A program made the translations under genes and the position numbers. Below are positions 30,642 through 40,425 of a DNA stretch of 64,000 nt, piece by piece. Every line of letters starts with the position of its first letter. Within the stretch, counting starts at the first letter, position 1. The notes under the pieces were generated by a model. That model was given only the letters and a program-made list of their open reading frames with translations, was not told the origin of the DNA and searched no databases. The stretch is from Terriglobia bacterium (lineage in GTDB: Bacteria > Acidobacteriota > Terriglobia > Acidiferrales > UBA7541): the NCBI GenBank assembly GCA_963695545.1, contig OY968796.1, positions 160,001 through 224,000 of the forward strand, written 5' to 3'.

Positions 30642-31340
30642 ATGAAGCGCATTTTACTGATCGAAGACGACCGCGATATCGTCGAGTTGGTTCGATACAA
30701 TCTTTCGCGCGACGGCTTTGACGTGGTCGCGGTCGGCGACGGCTCGTCGGGCCTGGCGCAACTCCGAAAATCCGCGCCCGATCTTTTAATTCTCGATCTG
30801 ATGTTGCCGAAGCTGCCTGGCCTTGAGGTGTGCAAAGAAATTCGCCGCGACCAGAAGCTCAATCGTTTGCCGATCCTGATCCTGAGCGCGCGCGGAGAAG
30901 AAGCGGACCGCGTGCTGGGGCTCGAGCTTGGCGCCGACGATTACGTCACCAAACCTTTCAGTCCGCGCGAACTTCTGGCGCGGGTGCGGGCGCTGCTGCG
31001 CAGAATGGAACCTTCGGCGGCGGGCGGCGAGAAAGCCATCACGCGCGGCGCACTGCAGCTTGATCCGGCGTCGTTCCGCGTGACGCGCGACGGCGAAGGC
31101 CTGCCGATGAGCACGCTCGAATTTCGCCTGCTTTATTTCCTGGCCTCGCATCCGGACCGCGTGTACTCGCGCGATCAACTGCTCGACGCGGTGTGGGGTT
31201 CGGAGCGCTTCGTGACGCCGCGCAGCGTGGATGTCTACGTGCGGCGAATCCGCAAAAAGGTCGAAGTCGATCCCGAGCGGCCGATGTACCTGAAGACGCT
31301 GCGGGGCGCCGGCTATATTTTCCAAGGCCGTGCGGAATAA
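30642..31340 (+). CDS. phoB: OmpR-family phosphate response regulator
   Basis: Receiver (LIEDD, LDLMLP, GADDYVTKPF) plus winged helix (RSVDVYVRRIR, RGAGY); pst context. Confidence 0.85.
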   Translation: MKRILLIEDDRDIVELVRYNLSRDGFDVVAVGDGSSGLAQLRKSAPDLLILDLMLPKLPGLEVCKEIRRDQKLNRLPILILSARGEEADRVLGLELGADDYVTKPFSPRELLARVRALLRRMEPSAAGGEKAITRGALQLDPASFRVTRDGEGLPMSTLEFRLLYFLASHPDRVYSRDQLLDAVWGSERFVTPRSVDVYVRRIRKKVEVDPERPMYLKTLRGAGYIFQGRAE

Positions 31341-32718
31341 TCTGCTTTGGAAATTGGGGCTGGCGTTCGCCGCGCTCTCGCTGGGCTTCCTTGCAGTGCT
31401 CGATTTTTATTCGGCGCGCCTGCCGCGCGGGCTGACTCTGGCCACGCTGATCCTGCTCGCGCTCGCGAGCGGCGTCCTTTTGCTTTCCGCGCAATTATTT
31501 TCAGCGCGGGTCGAGCGCCTGAAAGAACTTTCCGAACGCATGTCTGAAGGCGATTTCCGCACCCTGCCGAGCGACCCGGCGGGCGACTCGCTTGCGGAGC
31601 TGCGCGGCACGCTGAATCGCACAGCGCAACGACTCGAGCGATCCATGGGCGCGCTCGAGGAGGAGCGCAATCGTTCGGGGGCGATTCTGGCGAGCATGGC
31701 CGAAGGCGTGGCGGTGATCGACGCGCAGGAGCGCATGGTGTTCTGCAACCAGGCATTCCGCCGGATCTTCGCGCTAGGAATGGCTCCGTGCGAAGGACGG
31801 GCGATGATCGAGCTGGTGCGCGAACCGGAACTATTAACCATCGTGCGCCGCGCGCTGGCCGGAACCGCGCCGGATGCGGGGGAGCTCGAACGCGGAACGG
31901 TGCACCGCCAGAGCTTTCGCGTGACGGCGTCGCCGCTACAGGCTGGAGACACGGCCGGCGCGGCGCTAGTGCTGCATGACATCACGGATCTGCGGCGTCT
32001 GGAGCGCGTGCGGCGCGACTTCGTGGCCAACGTGTCGCACGAGTTCAAAACTCCGCTTACGGCGATTCAGGGATTCGCGGAGACGCTGCTGGGCGGCGCG
32101 CTCGAAGACCAGACGAACAACCGGCGATTCCTGGAAATCATTCGCGCGCATGCGGCGCGCCTGGCGCGCCTGACCGACGACTTGCTGGAGCTTGCGCGGA
32201 TCGAGGCGGGACGGATTGAGCTCGACCGTCGCGAAGTTTCGCTGGCGGAAATTATCGAGGCCTGCGCGGACACCACGCGCCCGCGCGTGGAGCATGGCAA
32301 TCTGGAGCTTGAACTTCGCGTTCCCGCCGATTTACCGGACGTTTCCGGCGATCCGCGGCGCTTGCGCGAAATTCTGCAGAACTTGCTGGACAACGCCGCG
32401 CAGTACACGCCGGGCGGAGGCCGAATCTGGATCGAAGCGCGCGTGAAAAACTCCGGCGACGATGGCGCGGCCGGCGCGGCCCCGAGCGTGATTGTTACAG
32501 TCGGCGACACCGGGATCGGGATTCCGCACTCCGATCAGCAGCGCATCTTCGAGCGTTTCTATCGCGTGGACGCGGCGCGCTCGCGGGAAGCCGGCGGGAC
32601 CGGACTCGGCCTTGCGATCACGAAACATTTGATCGAATTACACGGCGGGCGCATCTGGGTGGAAAGCGAAGTGGGACAGGGCTCCAAATTTAATTTCTCA
32701 GTTCCCATTTCGGCGTAA
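31330..32718 (+). CDS. phoR: Phosphate sensor histidine kinase
   Basis: HAMP, PAS, RRDFVANVSHEFKTPLT, RIFERFYRVD..RSR..GGTGLGL. Confidence 0.88.
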   Translation: MRNNLLWKLGLAFAALSLGFLAVLDFYSARLPRGLTLATLILLALASGVLLLSAQLFSARVERLKELSERMSEGDFRTLPSDPAGDSLAELRGTLNRTAQRLERSMGALEEERNRSGAILASMAEGVAVIDAQERMVFCNQAFRRIFALGMAPCEGRAMIELVREPELLTIVRRALAGTAPDAGELERGTVHRQSFRVTASPLQAGDTAGAALVLHDITDLRRLERVRRDFVANVSHEFKTPLTAIQGFAETLLGGALEDQTNNRRFLEIIRAHAARLARLTDDLLELARIEAGRIELDRREVSLAEIIEACADTTRPRVEHGNLELELRVPADLPDVSGDPRRLREILQNLLDNAAQYTPGGGRIWIEARVKNSGDDGAAGAAPSVIVTVGDTGIGIPHSDQQRIFERFYRVDAARSREAGGTGLGLAITKHLIELHGGRIWVESEVGQGSKFNFSVPISA

Positions 32719-32742
32719 GCAGGCCCCGCCGCACGCCGCAGA

Positions 32743-32798
32743 TCGTGACGAATTATTCATCGGCGCTTCATTCGCCGTTCAACTTCATTTTCTATAGT
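32743..32798 (+). promoter_or_regulatory. Putative PhoB-type promoter
   Basis: 11-bp-period half-sites TCGTGAC/TATTCAT/GCTTCAT/CGTTCAA, then exactly 10 nt to TATAGT. Confidence 0.5.
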
Positions 32799-32804
32799 CG
32801 CGTC

Positions 32805-32912
32805 ACCCGATGACCTGGTTGAATCGGTTCTCCGCTACCGCAACCATGAGGGTCTCGGGCTTTTGGCCCACCACGGGGCCGGTGTTACCCGGCACCGGCC
32901 CCACCCCTCTCT
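32805..32912 (+). ncRNA. Candidate Pho-regulated small RNA
   Basis: Behind the putative promoter; long hairpin 32806-32859 with apical loop UCUCCGCU and a perfect 10-bp hairpin 32875-32902. Confidence 0.4.
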
Positions 32913-33030
32913 TAGTTGAAGTGCATACGCGATACAGCCTTGCGGCCGCACTCCGCCGGGCGGCCGAGCCGACCGCTAGATCGGTACAATGCTTTTCTGG
33001 CGGGCTCACGCTGGAACCCGCTCCCGCTCG

Positions 33031-33510
33031 CTATTGAATCTGGCCGCGAATTTCCCCGCCGGGATGCGCGGTGGTGTGAACGTTGACGTAGGCGTTTCCG
33101 GCTTTTATGTCGGCGACCAGATCGGCGATGGTCTTACCTTGGAGTGGGCCGACGAGATCGGCGGCGGTGAGCGTCCCGGTGGCCAAGTCGCCGGTGAACT
33201 TTCCGGGCTTAACCTCGGCGTGCGGCTGAGAGGGATAGAGCCAGGTGGCCACAGGGCCGTTCTGGCCTGCGGCGGCGATGTGAATGTGGGCCATCGTAAT
33301 ATCCTCGGTGTCAACCACCGAAAGCGTGTAACTCAAGCTCATGCCATCGGCGCTCAAGGTGAAGGTGGCCATGCCATGAGCGGGCGTATCGATCGGCGGA
33401 TTCTGTTCTTTGCCGGAGAGCGTAGCCATGAACTTCGTCTGAGCACCGGCAAGGGGAGCAAAAAGAAGCACGAGAAAAACGGGAAGCGCAAGTCTGCGGA
33501 CAAGTTTCAT
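33031..33510 (-). CDS. Secreted CHRD-domain protein
   Basis: ATLSGKEQNPP, AHIH, AYVNVHTTAHPGGEIRGQ. Confidence 0.88.
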   Translation of the reverse strand: MKLVRRLALPVFLVLLFAPLAGAQTKFMATLSGKEQNPPIDTPAHGMATFTLSADGMSLSYTLSVVDTEDITMAHIHIAAAGQNGPVATWLYPSQPHAEVKPGKFTGDLATGTLTAADLVGPLQGKTIADLVADIKAGNAYVNVHTTAHPGGEIRGQIQ

Positions 33511-33631
33511 GTTGACCTCCACCTATTTTAGACTCCAATCGCTTCGGAAAAGATACGCGAACGGGACTAGATTCCGAGCTTTTCACGCATGGTAGTCCGC
33601 GGCGCTTGCGGGCGGTCGAGGAAACGCGCGG

Positions 33632-33673
33632 AAAGAAAAAGGCGGGGAGTCGAGGCTTCTCGATTCCCCACCC
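33632..33673 (-). terminator. Intrinsic terminator after the porin-like gene
   Basis: Minus strand GGTGGGGAATCGAG-AAGC-CTCGACTCCCCGCC-TTTTTCTTT. Confidence 0.75.
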
Positions 33674-33704
33674 TGAGGCGGAAAGCCGCTAGCTGTAAAT
33701 CGAT

Positions 33705-35639
33705 TTAAGGCAACGTGTAGCGCAAGTCCACGTAAACCATCGTGAAGTGCCCATTTTTCGCCGTGCCGGGATCGACAAACCACGGAGCGCGAGTGATGTA
33801 CGAGGCCTGGGTGATCAGCGAGACCGCGCCGTAATTGGGGTTCTTGAAAAAGGTTTGAATCCAGCCAAACGTTCCTTCCTGAATGGCCCGATTCTGGCCC
33901 TGAGCCGTCGAAGCCGTCTCGCCAGAGTCCAGGTACTCATACCCATAGCCGACGAGCTTCGTCGAGGTGGTGCTGGGATCCTGGAAGAAGGCCTTTCCGA
34001 AGTAGTCCCCGCCATAGTAGCCATAGAACATGGTCTTCGGAGTGGCTTGCCATTCGAAGCCGGTGATGGCGGAACCGGCCTTCACCGGAATCGGAAGAAA
34101 CGCAGAGCTGCTGGTCAACTGATTGACAACCAAGTCCGGCCCCGCGCCCTCAAGGTAACGGCCACCGCCGTCGCTCCAGAAAGTCGTGCCGATCCAGTGG
34201 AAGTTTTTCACCAGCTCGAGATTCAAGTTGGCTTCAAATCCGCCGCCCGTCGCGGAATCCGTCGTGCGGCTAGTGCCGCCGATGACTGAAGCAGGCGTCA
34301 CAAGCTTGAATTCGCTGAGCAAGCCAGCGAAATCGAAGTGCCACATGGTGTTGCCGACTTTCGGATCCGCGGCGACTTTGAATATGAAATCGGGCGCGAC
34401 GTTCGGAGTGGGCGGAGTCGCAAGCGTGCCGCCGCTGGTTTCGTCCACGGCCCCGACCTCGGCGGAGCCGAAAGCCGAAGGAGTCGTGGCCGCTGAGCCC
34501 ACGAGTTGGTCCGCGTTCTCGATCGAGATTCCCATCGCCCAAGTATCGTTGGGATGATAAACGAAGCGAACTTGAGGCTGCCGCGTCCAAGTCAAGCCCA
34601 CTTGGTAGTTCGTGTCCATGTCTTGCGAGTAGAAGATGTCGCTGGGGAACGGCGATATCCCCTTGCGGTTCGGCGTGAGCATCGACCAATCCTGCCCGGC
34701 GAGAAATTCAAACTTCCCGCGCCGGTAGTCGGCGAAGTAGACGCGCATGCGCAGCGAGTTCGAGTTGCTGGTTACGTTCGCGTTTGCGGCGGTGAGACCG
34801 AGGAAGTCCGCCTCGAGATATCCGGTGATGGTAGCTCCGTGAACCGGCGCGTCTACACGCAATCCGATTCGAGAGTTTTGCGCGCTGAAGCGGTCCTCGG
34901 TGAGCCCCGCGGCCGGCAAGCTGGTGTTGTACGGAATACCGGTGAAGCTGGTGCCGATGCCGTTGCCCGTGCCCACGGTACGAAAGACGTCCGTCAAATC
35001 GAGAAAACCGAGGGGCGTGAATGTAGCGTCGCCGATTTTGAAACCGAGCGGACTGAGTTGCGGCGCGGCCGTATCGGCCGCCAACGTTGCCGCCGGCTTC
35101 GATGTCGAAGTTGCGGCGGTGACGGCTGCGGCGGGTACTTCAGCCGGCAGCGTGATCGCTGCAGGCGACGGCGCGGCTGGTGCGGCGGCCGAAACCGCTT
35201 CAGCCGGCTGAGACGCGGGCGCTGACACCGGTTGTGCGGATGCAGCGCTGTTCGTCAATTGCGTTCTCATCGCCGCGAGTTCGTGGCGTTGCTCATCGAT
35301 CTGCGCGGCCTGCTGTTCCATCAACAACTTCATTTGCTCGATCTCGTTCTGAAGCTCGGCGCTACTTGGGGCCGGGCTTTCCACCGGCGAGGCCGGCGTG
35401 TTCGCCGCGCTCGCGGGCGCCGACGCTGGGGCCGGTGTTGGCACCGGAGATTTCGTGACGGCCCCGGATGTTGCTTTCGACGAACTGCCCGCCGCACTGC
35501 TCGAAGTTGCTGCCGACGAACTGCTCGATGGATCGCTCGCGGCGCCCGCTTTCGCTCCGCTGCCGGAGTTGCCCGCGGCCAATAACGCTGGGCACACCAT
35601 TAAACCCGATGTCAACACGAGAGCTGCAAATCGTCTCAT
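33705..35639 (-). CDS. Putative outer-membrane porin with N-terminal low-complexity/coiled-coil region
   Basis: Signal peptide, Ser/Ala/Pro linker, coiled coil, amphipathic beta-strands, terminal VYVDLRYTLP; divergent from pstS. Confidence 0.65.
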   Translation of the reverse strand: MRRFAALVLTSGLMVCPALLAAGNSGSGAKAGAASDPSSSSSAATSSSAAGSSSKATSGAVTKSPVPTPAPASAPASAANTPASPVESPAPSSAELQNEIEQMKLLMEQQAAQIDEQRHELAAMRTQLTNSAASAQPVSAPASQPAEAVSAAAPAAPSPAAITLPAEVPAAAVTAATSTSKPAATLAADTAAPQLSPLGFKIGDATFTPLGFLDLTDVFRTVGTGNGIGTSFTGIPYNTSLPAAGLTEDRFSAQNSRIGLRVDAPVHGATITGYLEADFLGLTAANANVTSNSNSLRMRVYFADYRRGKFEFLAGQDWSMLTPNRKGISPFPSDIFYSQDMDTNYQVGLTWTRQPQVRFVYHPNDTWAMGISIENADQLVGSAATTPSAFGSAEVGAVDETSGGTLATPPTPNVAPDFIFKVAADPKVGNTMWHFDFAGLLSEFKLVTPASVIGGTSRTTDSATGGGFEANLNLELVKNFHWIGTTFWSDGGGRYLEGAGPDLVVNQLTSSSAFLPIPVKAGSAITGFEWQATPKTMFYGYYGGDYFGKAFFQDPSTTSTKLVGYGYEYLDSGETASTAQGQNRAIQEGTFGWIQTFFKNPNYGAVSLITQASYITRAPWFVDPGTAKNGHFTMVYVDLRYTLP

Positions 35640-35699
35640 TCCCCGTCCTCCTCACTCGCATGGCAGGTTGCCACGTGCGCCGGAGCTTACGGTTGTAGG

Positions 35700-35739
35700 G
35701 TCAACACTGTATGAGAGGGATGTGAATGATGCGTTACAG
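35700..35739 (-). promoter_or_regulatory. PHO boxes for the porin-like gene
   Basis: Minus strand CTGTAAC/CATTCAC/CTCTCAT/TGTTGAC at 11-bp period, then 10 nt to TAAGCT. Confidence 0.7.
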
Positions 35740-35803
35740 CATGCACAGGCCGCGCGAGCTTGCGGTAAGTGGCCTGTTTTCAGCGACAGGATATCCACAG
35801 GGC

Positions 35804-35843
35804 GTTTCACGCCGATTTCTTTCGACTGTCATACAGCCGTAAC
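35804..35843 (+). promoter_or_regulatory. PHO boxes for pstS
   Basis: GTTTCAC/ATTTCTT/CTGTCAT/CCGTAAC at 11-bp period. Confidence 0.75.
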
Positions 35844-35885
35844 AATTGACGGCGAAGATTGCCTACGAGGAGACACCCTACACAC

Positions 35886-36902
35886 ATGAAAAAAATATTG
35901 CTCGCACTCTCGCTGTGCGCCGGCATCGCGGGCCTGTTGGCCGCCGAGAACCCGATACAACTCAACGCCGCGGGCGCGACGTTCCCCAACCCAATTTACT
36001 CGAAGTGGTTCGACGAATATCACACCATGATGCCGAACGTGGAAATCAATTATCAGAGCATCGGCTCCGGCGGCGGAATACGCCAGTTGGAAGCGCATAC
36101 GGTAGACTTCGGCGCCTCGGACATGCCGATGAATGACCAGCAATTGCAGCAGGCCGGTTTCAAGATTCTGCACTTCCCCACAGTGCTGGGCGCGGCCGTA
36201 CCCAGCTACAACGTTCGCGGCGTGACTACCGACCTGAAGTTCACGCAGAAAGCGCTGGCTGGGATTTACCTGGGCACGATCTCCAAGTGGAACGATCCGG
36301 AAATCACCAAGGCTAACCCCGGCGTTTCACTCCCGGCCGACGACATCGTCGTGATTCACCGCTCCGATGGCAGCGGCACGTCGTTCATCTGGACCGACTT
36401 TCTTTCCAAGGCCAGCGACGACTGGAAAAACAAAGTGGGGAGCAATACTTCGGTGAATTGGCCGGTAGGCTTGGGCGGCAAGGGAAACGAAGGCGTTTCC
36501 GGACTCATCAAGCAGACGCCGGATTCGATCGGCTACATCGAACTGATCTACGCGGTGCAAAACAATATCTCTTACGGCGAAGTTCAAAATTCCAGCGGCG
36601 CGTTTGTCAAGGCGAGTCTGGACAGTGTGAGCGCAGCGGCCGCCGGGGCAGCCAAGACCATGCCCGACGATTTCCGCGTCTCGATTACCGACGCGCCCGG
36701 CAAGACCGCGTATCCCATCTCGAGCTTCACCTGGCTTCTAATTCCCGCGGACATTCAAGACGCGGGCAAACGCGACATCATCAAAGGCTTCCTCAAATGG
36801 ATGCTGACCGATGGGCAGAAGGACTGCGCCGGCCTGTCGTACGCGCCTCTGCCGGCTCCGGTGGTGGCCAAGGAGTTGAAGGCCATCTCGCTAATCCAGT
36901 AA
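35886..36902 (+). CDS. pstS: Phosphate ABC transporter substrate-binding protein
   Basis: GATFP, YQSIGSGGG, DFGASD, HRSDGSGTS, GKGNEGV. Confidence 0.96.
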   Translation: MKKILLALSLCAGIAGLLAAENPIQLNAAGATFPNPIYSKWFDEYHTMMPNVEINYQSIGSGGGIRQLEAHTVDFGASDMPMNDQQLQQAGFKILHFPTVLGAAVPSYNVRGVTTDLKFTQKALAGIYLGTISKWNDPEITKANPGVSLPADDIVVIHRSDGSGTSFIWTDFLSKASDDWKNKVGSNTSVNWPVGLGGKGNEGVSGLIKQTPDSIGYIELIYAVQNNISYGEVQNSSGAFVKASLDSVSAAAAGAAKTMPDDFRVSITDAPGKTAYPISSFTWLLIPADIQDAGKRDIIKGFLKWMLTDGQKDCAGLSYAPLPAPVVAKELKAISLIQ

Positions 36903-36926
36903 CATCCTGAGCATCCTGGCGAAACA

Positions 36927-37922
36927 ATGGCGACAGCTACCACCACGACACCGGTCGGACCCGCGGGCTCCAGTTGGAGTCCGCGGGCGCTGGTCGCTCG
37001 GTTGCGTGGCGGCGATGCGATCGCTCACACGTTGACGCTGGTGTTCGCCGCGATGGTTCTGCTGATCACGCTGCTGCTGGTGGAGCAGCTATGGGTGCAT
37101 TCGGCGGCTTCGCGCGCGCAATTCGGCTGGCACTTTCTTTGGACCAGCGTGTGGGATCCGGTCTTTGACAATTATGGCGCGCTGACTTTCCTGTACGGTA
37201 CGGTCCTGACCACGGTGTTGGCGCTGGTGATTGCCGTACCGCTGGGACTGGGCGCGGCGATCTTCCTTTCCGAGCTGGCGCCGCCGAAGGTCTCCGCGAG
37301 CCTCTCGTTCGTGGTCGATCTTTTAGCCGCGGTGCCGAGCGTGATTTACGGCTTGCTGGCCATTTTCACTCTGCTGCCGCTGCTCGCCTCAACGGTCGAG
37401 CCGTTCCTGAAAAGGACGCTGGGATTTCTTCCGCTGTTTCGAGGGCCGGCGTACGGCGTCGGGTTCCTTGCGGCGGGCTTGGTGCTCTCGATCATGATCG
37501 TGCCGTACATCGTTTCGGTGTCGCGCGAAGTGCTGATGTCGGTGCCGGGCGATCAGCGTGAAGCGGCGCTGGGCCTGGGCGCGACGCGCTGGGAAACCAC
37601 CTGGAAAGTTGTGGTGCCATACGCGAGAACCGGAATTATGGGTTCGGTTTTCCTTTCGATGGCGCGCGCGCTCGGAGAAACCATGGCGGTCACTATGGTC
37701 ATCGGCAATACCCCGAAAATTTCGGCGTCGCTTTTTTCTCCGGGCTACACCATCGCCGCGGTGATCGCCAACGAATTTACGGAGGCCACCGGCAAGCTCT
37801 ACCAGAGCGCTCTGATCGAACTCGGACTCGTCTTGTTCCTGCTCACGTTTATCCTGAACGGGCTTGCGCGCGTGATGATGGCGGCCACAGCCGGACGCGG
37901 AGCAGGCATGGGGCGCACATGA
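36927..37922 (+). CDS. pstC: Phosphate ABC transporter permease
   Basis: LAAVPSVIYG, RALGETMAV. Confidence 0.95.
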   Translation: MATATTTTPVGPAGSSWSPRALVARLRGGDAIAHTLTLVFAAMVLLITLLLVEQLWVHSAASRAQFGWHFLWTSVWDPVFDNYGALTFLYGTVLTTVLALVIAVPLGLGAAIFLSELAPPKVSASLSFVVDLLAAVPSVIYGLLAIFTLLPLLASTVEPFLKRTLGFLPLFRGPAYGVGFLAAGLVLSIMIVPYIVSVSREVLMSVPGDQREAALGLGATRWETTWKVVVPYARTGIMGSVFLSMARALGETMAVTMVIGNTPKISASLFSPGYTIAAVIANEFTEATGKLYQSALIELGLVLFLLTFILNGLARVMMAATAGRGAGMGRT

Positions 37923-38767
37923 GCTTCCGAACCGTTTGGCGCAAGGGGTTGAGCGCGGTGATGATGAGCTTGACCGGCTTGTGCGCGCTGGTTACGGTGT
38001 CCGTGCTGGTGTTGATTCTCGGGTACCTCGCATGGAACGGCGCAACCGCGTTGCACTGGAGTTTCTTCACGAAACTACCGGTGCCGGTCGGCGAAACGGG
38101 CGGCGGGATCGCTAACGCGATTGCCGGCAGCGCGAAGCTGCTTCTGCTTGCGGCGATTGTGGGCATTCCGATCGGTTTGCTGGGTGCGGTGTATCTGGCG
38201 GAATATGCTTCGCCGATTCCGGCGTTCCTGGTGCGCTATTCAGCCGACCTCCTGAACGGCGTGCCCTCAATCGTGATCGGCATCTTCGCCTTCACCGTCG
38301 CGGTGATGCCGTTCCATGGTTTTTCAGCGTATGCGGGCGGCTTCGCGCTCGGCGTAATGATGATTCCCATCATCCTGCGCAGTTGCGAGGATTTCCTGCG
38401 CGCGGTGCCGGGTTCGCTGCGGGAAGGCGCGATGGCGGTTGGCGCGAGCAAATGGAGGACGATCTTGACCGTGGTCGTTCCGGCGGCTTCGGGCGGCATC
38501 ATGACCGCGATCTTGCTCTCGCTCTCGCGGGTTGCGGGCGAGACGGCGCCTCTTCTGTTCACAGCGTTCGGCAACAACTTCTGGAATCATGGCCTGAACG
38601 AACCGATTGCCTCTTTGCCGGTTGTGATTTATACCTACGCGATTTCGCCCTATGACGATTGGCATCGGCAGGCGTGGGCCGCGGGCCTGGTATTGCTCGG
38701 ACTTGTATTGGTCACGAACGTCGTGGCCCGTGGGCTGCTTGCGCGCCCGGCGGGACAACGGAGATAA
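37919..38767 (+). CDS. pstA: Phosphate ABC transporter permease
   Basis: [20 protein letters not shown]. Confidence 0.95.
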   Translation: MSFRTVWRKGLSAVMMSLTGLCALVTVSVLVLILGYLAWNGATALHWSFFTKLPVPVGETGGGIANAIAGSAKLLLLAAIVGIPIGLLGAVYLAEYASPIPAFLVRYSADLLNGVPSIVIGIFAFTVAVMPFHGFSAYAGGFALGVMMIPIILRSCEDFLRAVPGSLREGAMAVGASKWRTILTVVVPAASGGIMTAILLSLSRVAGETAPLLFTAFGNNFWNHGLNEPIASLPVVIYTYAISPYDDWHRQAWAAGLVLLGLVLVTNVVARGLLARPAGQRR

Positions 38768-38772
38768 TCGCG

Positions 38773-39606
38773 ATGGAATCCTCTTCGGCGGTGCAAATGG
38801 CCCTGGCAAAGGATAAGTCGGTCAGCTCGGTCACGCTCGGGCCGCATCCGGCGCTTGCGAACTCTCCGGTGCGGGTGAAGGTCGAGCTTCTGAACTTCTT
38901 CTACGGCAAGTCGCAATCGCTGTTTCACGTCAATCTCGAAATTGCCGCGAATCGTGTTACGGCGATGATTGGGCCTTCGGGTTGCGGCAAATCCACGCTG
39001 CTGCGCACGCTCAACCGCATGCACGAAACCATCAGCCACACGCGCTTGAACGGCAAGATTTTGCTCGACGGGAACGACATCATGTCGCAGGACGTCACGC
39101 GGCTGCGGCGCAAAGTCGGCATGGTTTTCCAGAAGCCCAATCCGTTTCCGAAATCGATCTTCGATAACGTGGCTTACGGGCTGCGCGTAAACGGCTACGC
39201 CGGTTCGCTGGCGGAACACGTCGAGCACAGTCTGCGCCGCGCGGCGCTTTGGGAAGAGGTGAAGGACCGCTTGCACAAATCGGCCTATTCGCTTTCGGGC
39301 GGGCAGCAGCAGCGGCTGTGCATCGCGCGCGCTCTCGCCGTGGATCCTGAGGTTCTACTTCTCGACGAGCCGTGTTCGGCGCTCGATCCGATCAGCACGG
39401 CGAAGATCGAGGACCTGCTCATCGAGCTGAAGCAGAACTGTACGATCGTGATCGTCACGCACAACATGCAGCAGGCTGCGCGCGTGAGCGATTTCACGGC
39501 GTTCATGCTCATGGGCGAGCTGATCGAATTCCAACCCACGCCACAGCTCTTCACCACGCCCACCGATCCACGCACCGAAGCCTACATAACCGGCCGGTTC
39601 GGGTGA
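38773..39606 (+). CDS. pstB: Phosphate ABC transporter ATPase
   Basis: [33 protein letters not shown]. Start could be slightly later. Confidence 0.96.
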   Translation: MESSSAVQMALAKDKSVSSVTLGPHPALANSPVRVKVELLNFFYGKSQSLFHVNLEIAANRVTAMIGPSGCGKSTLLRTLNRMHETISHTRLNGKILLDGNDIMSQDVTRLRRKVGMVFQKPNPFPKSIFDNVAYGLRVNGYAGSLAEHVEHSLRRAALWEEVKDRLHKSAYSLSGGQQQRLCIARALAVDPEVLLLDEPCSALDPISTAKIEDLLIELKQNCTIVIVTHNMQQAARVSDFTAFMLMGELIEFQPTPQLFTTPTDPRTEAYITGRFG

Positions 39607-39662
39607 GGCGGCGGGCCTGCACTCGAAGCCCGCGAGGATATTGAAGAAAGTTTGGAGCCAAG

Positions 39663-40328
39663 ATGCCGCGACATTTTGAACAAGAGCTTCAGGAACTGAA
39701 CGAGCGGGTGCTCTGGATGGCGAGCCTCGCCGAGCGCGCCGTGCACGATTCGATGCACGCGGTTCTCGATTCCGACCAGAGCCTGGCCAACGGAGTGCTC
39801 GAGCAGGAAAACGTCATTAACGAAATGCAGATTGAGATCGACGATCGCATCGTGCAACTCGTCGCGCAAGTGCAGCCGATGGCCACCGACCTGCGTTTCC
39901 TGCTGGCCATGGGCCGCATCAATTCCGATCTCGAGCGAATCGGAGACCAGTCGGTGAACATCGCGCAATCCGCTCTGCGCATCCTGCGCCACCCGCGCGT
40001 GAAACCCTACGTCGATTTGCCGCGCATGAGCGAGCTGGCCGAGGGCATGGTCCGCGACAGCATTCGCGCCCTGATCGATCGCAATATCGATCTGGCTCAG
40101 GCCGTGCTAACGCGCGACGACATGGTCGACTCACTGCGCGATCAGATTTTCCGCGAAATGCTCACCTACATGATGGAAAACTCCGCGGTGATCTTCCCCG
40201 CGTTCGAGCTGATCCTGATGGCCAAGAACCTCGAGCGCATCGGCGACCACGCCACCAACATCGCCGAAGACGTGATCTACATCGTGCAGGGCCGCGACGT
40301 CCGCCACAACGCCCTCGATCGCCGCTAG
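39663..40328 (+). CDS. phoU: Phosphate signalling complex protein
   Basis: QPMATDLR, DLERIGD, LERIGDHATNIAE. Confidence 0.95.
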   Translation: MPRHFEQELQELNERVLWMASLAERAVHDSMHAVLDSDQSLANGVLEQENVINEMQIEIDDRIVQLVAQVQPMATDLRFLLAMGRINSDLERIGDQSVNIAQSALRILRHPRVKPYVDLPRMSELAEGMVRDSIRALIDRNIDLAQAVLTRDDMVDSLRDQIFREMLTYMMENSAVIFPAFELILMAKNLERIGDHATNIAEDVIYIVQGRDVRHNALDRR

Positions 40329-40359
40329 CGGGCCGCAGAGCGAATCAAAATCTCGCGCC

Positions 40360-40393
40360 AAAAAAATACCGGGGACGCAATTTGCATCCCCGG
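40360..40393. terminator. Terminator between convergent phoU and DUF6600 gene
   Basis: A-tract plus CCGGGGACGCAA-T-TTGCATCCCCGG; U-tract on the minus strand. Confidence 0.7.
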
Positions 40394-40425
40394 CGACAAT
40401 ATCTCAATTTCAGCTGCGCTGAGAT

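Noticed and set aside
32803..33037. Short ORFs on both strands between phoR and the CHRD gene
   Set aside because: No RBS or family features; RNA structure explains the region better. A near-leaderless peptide from 32810 is not fully excluded.
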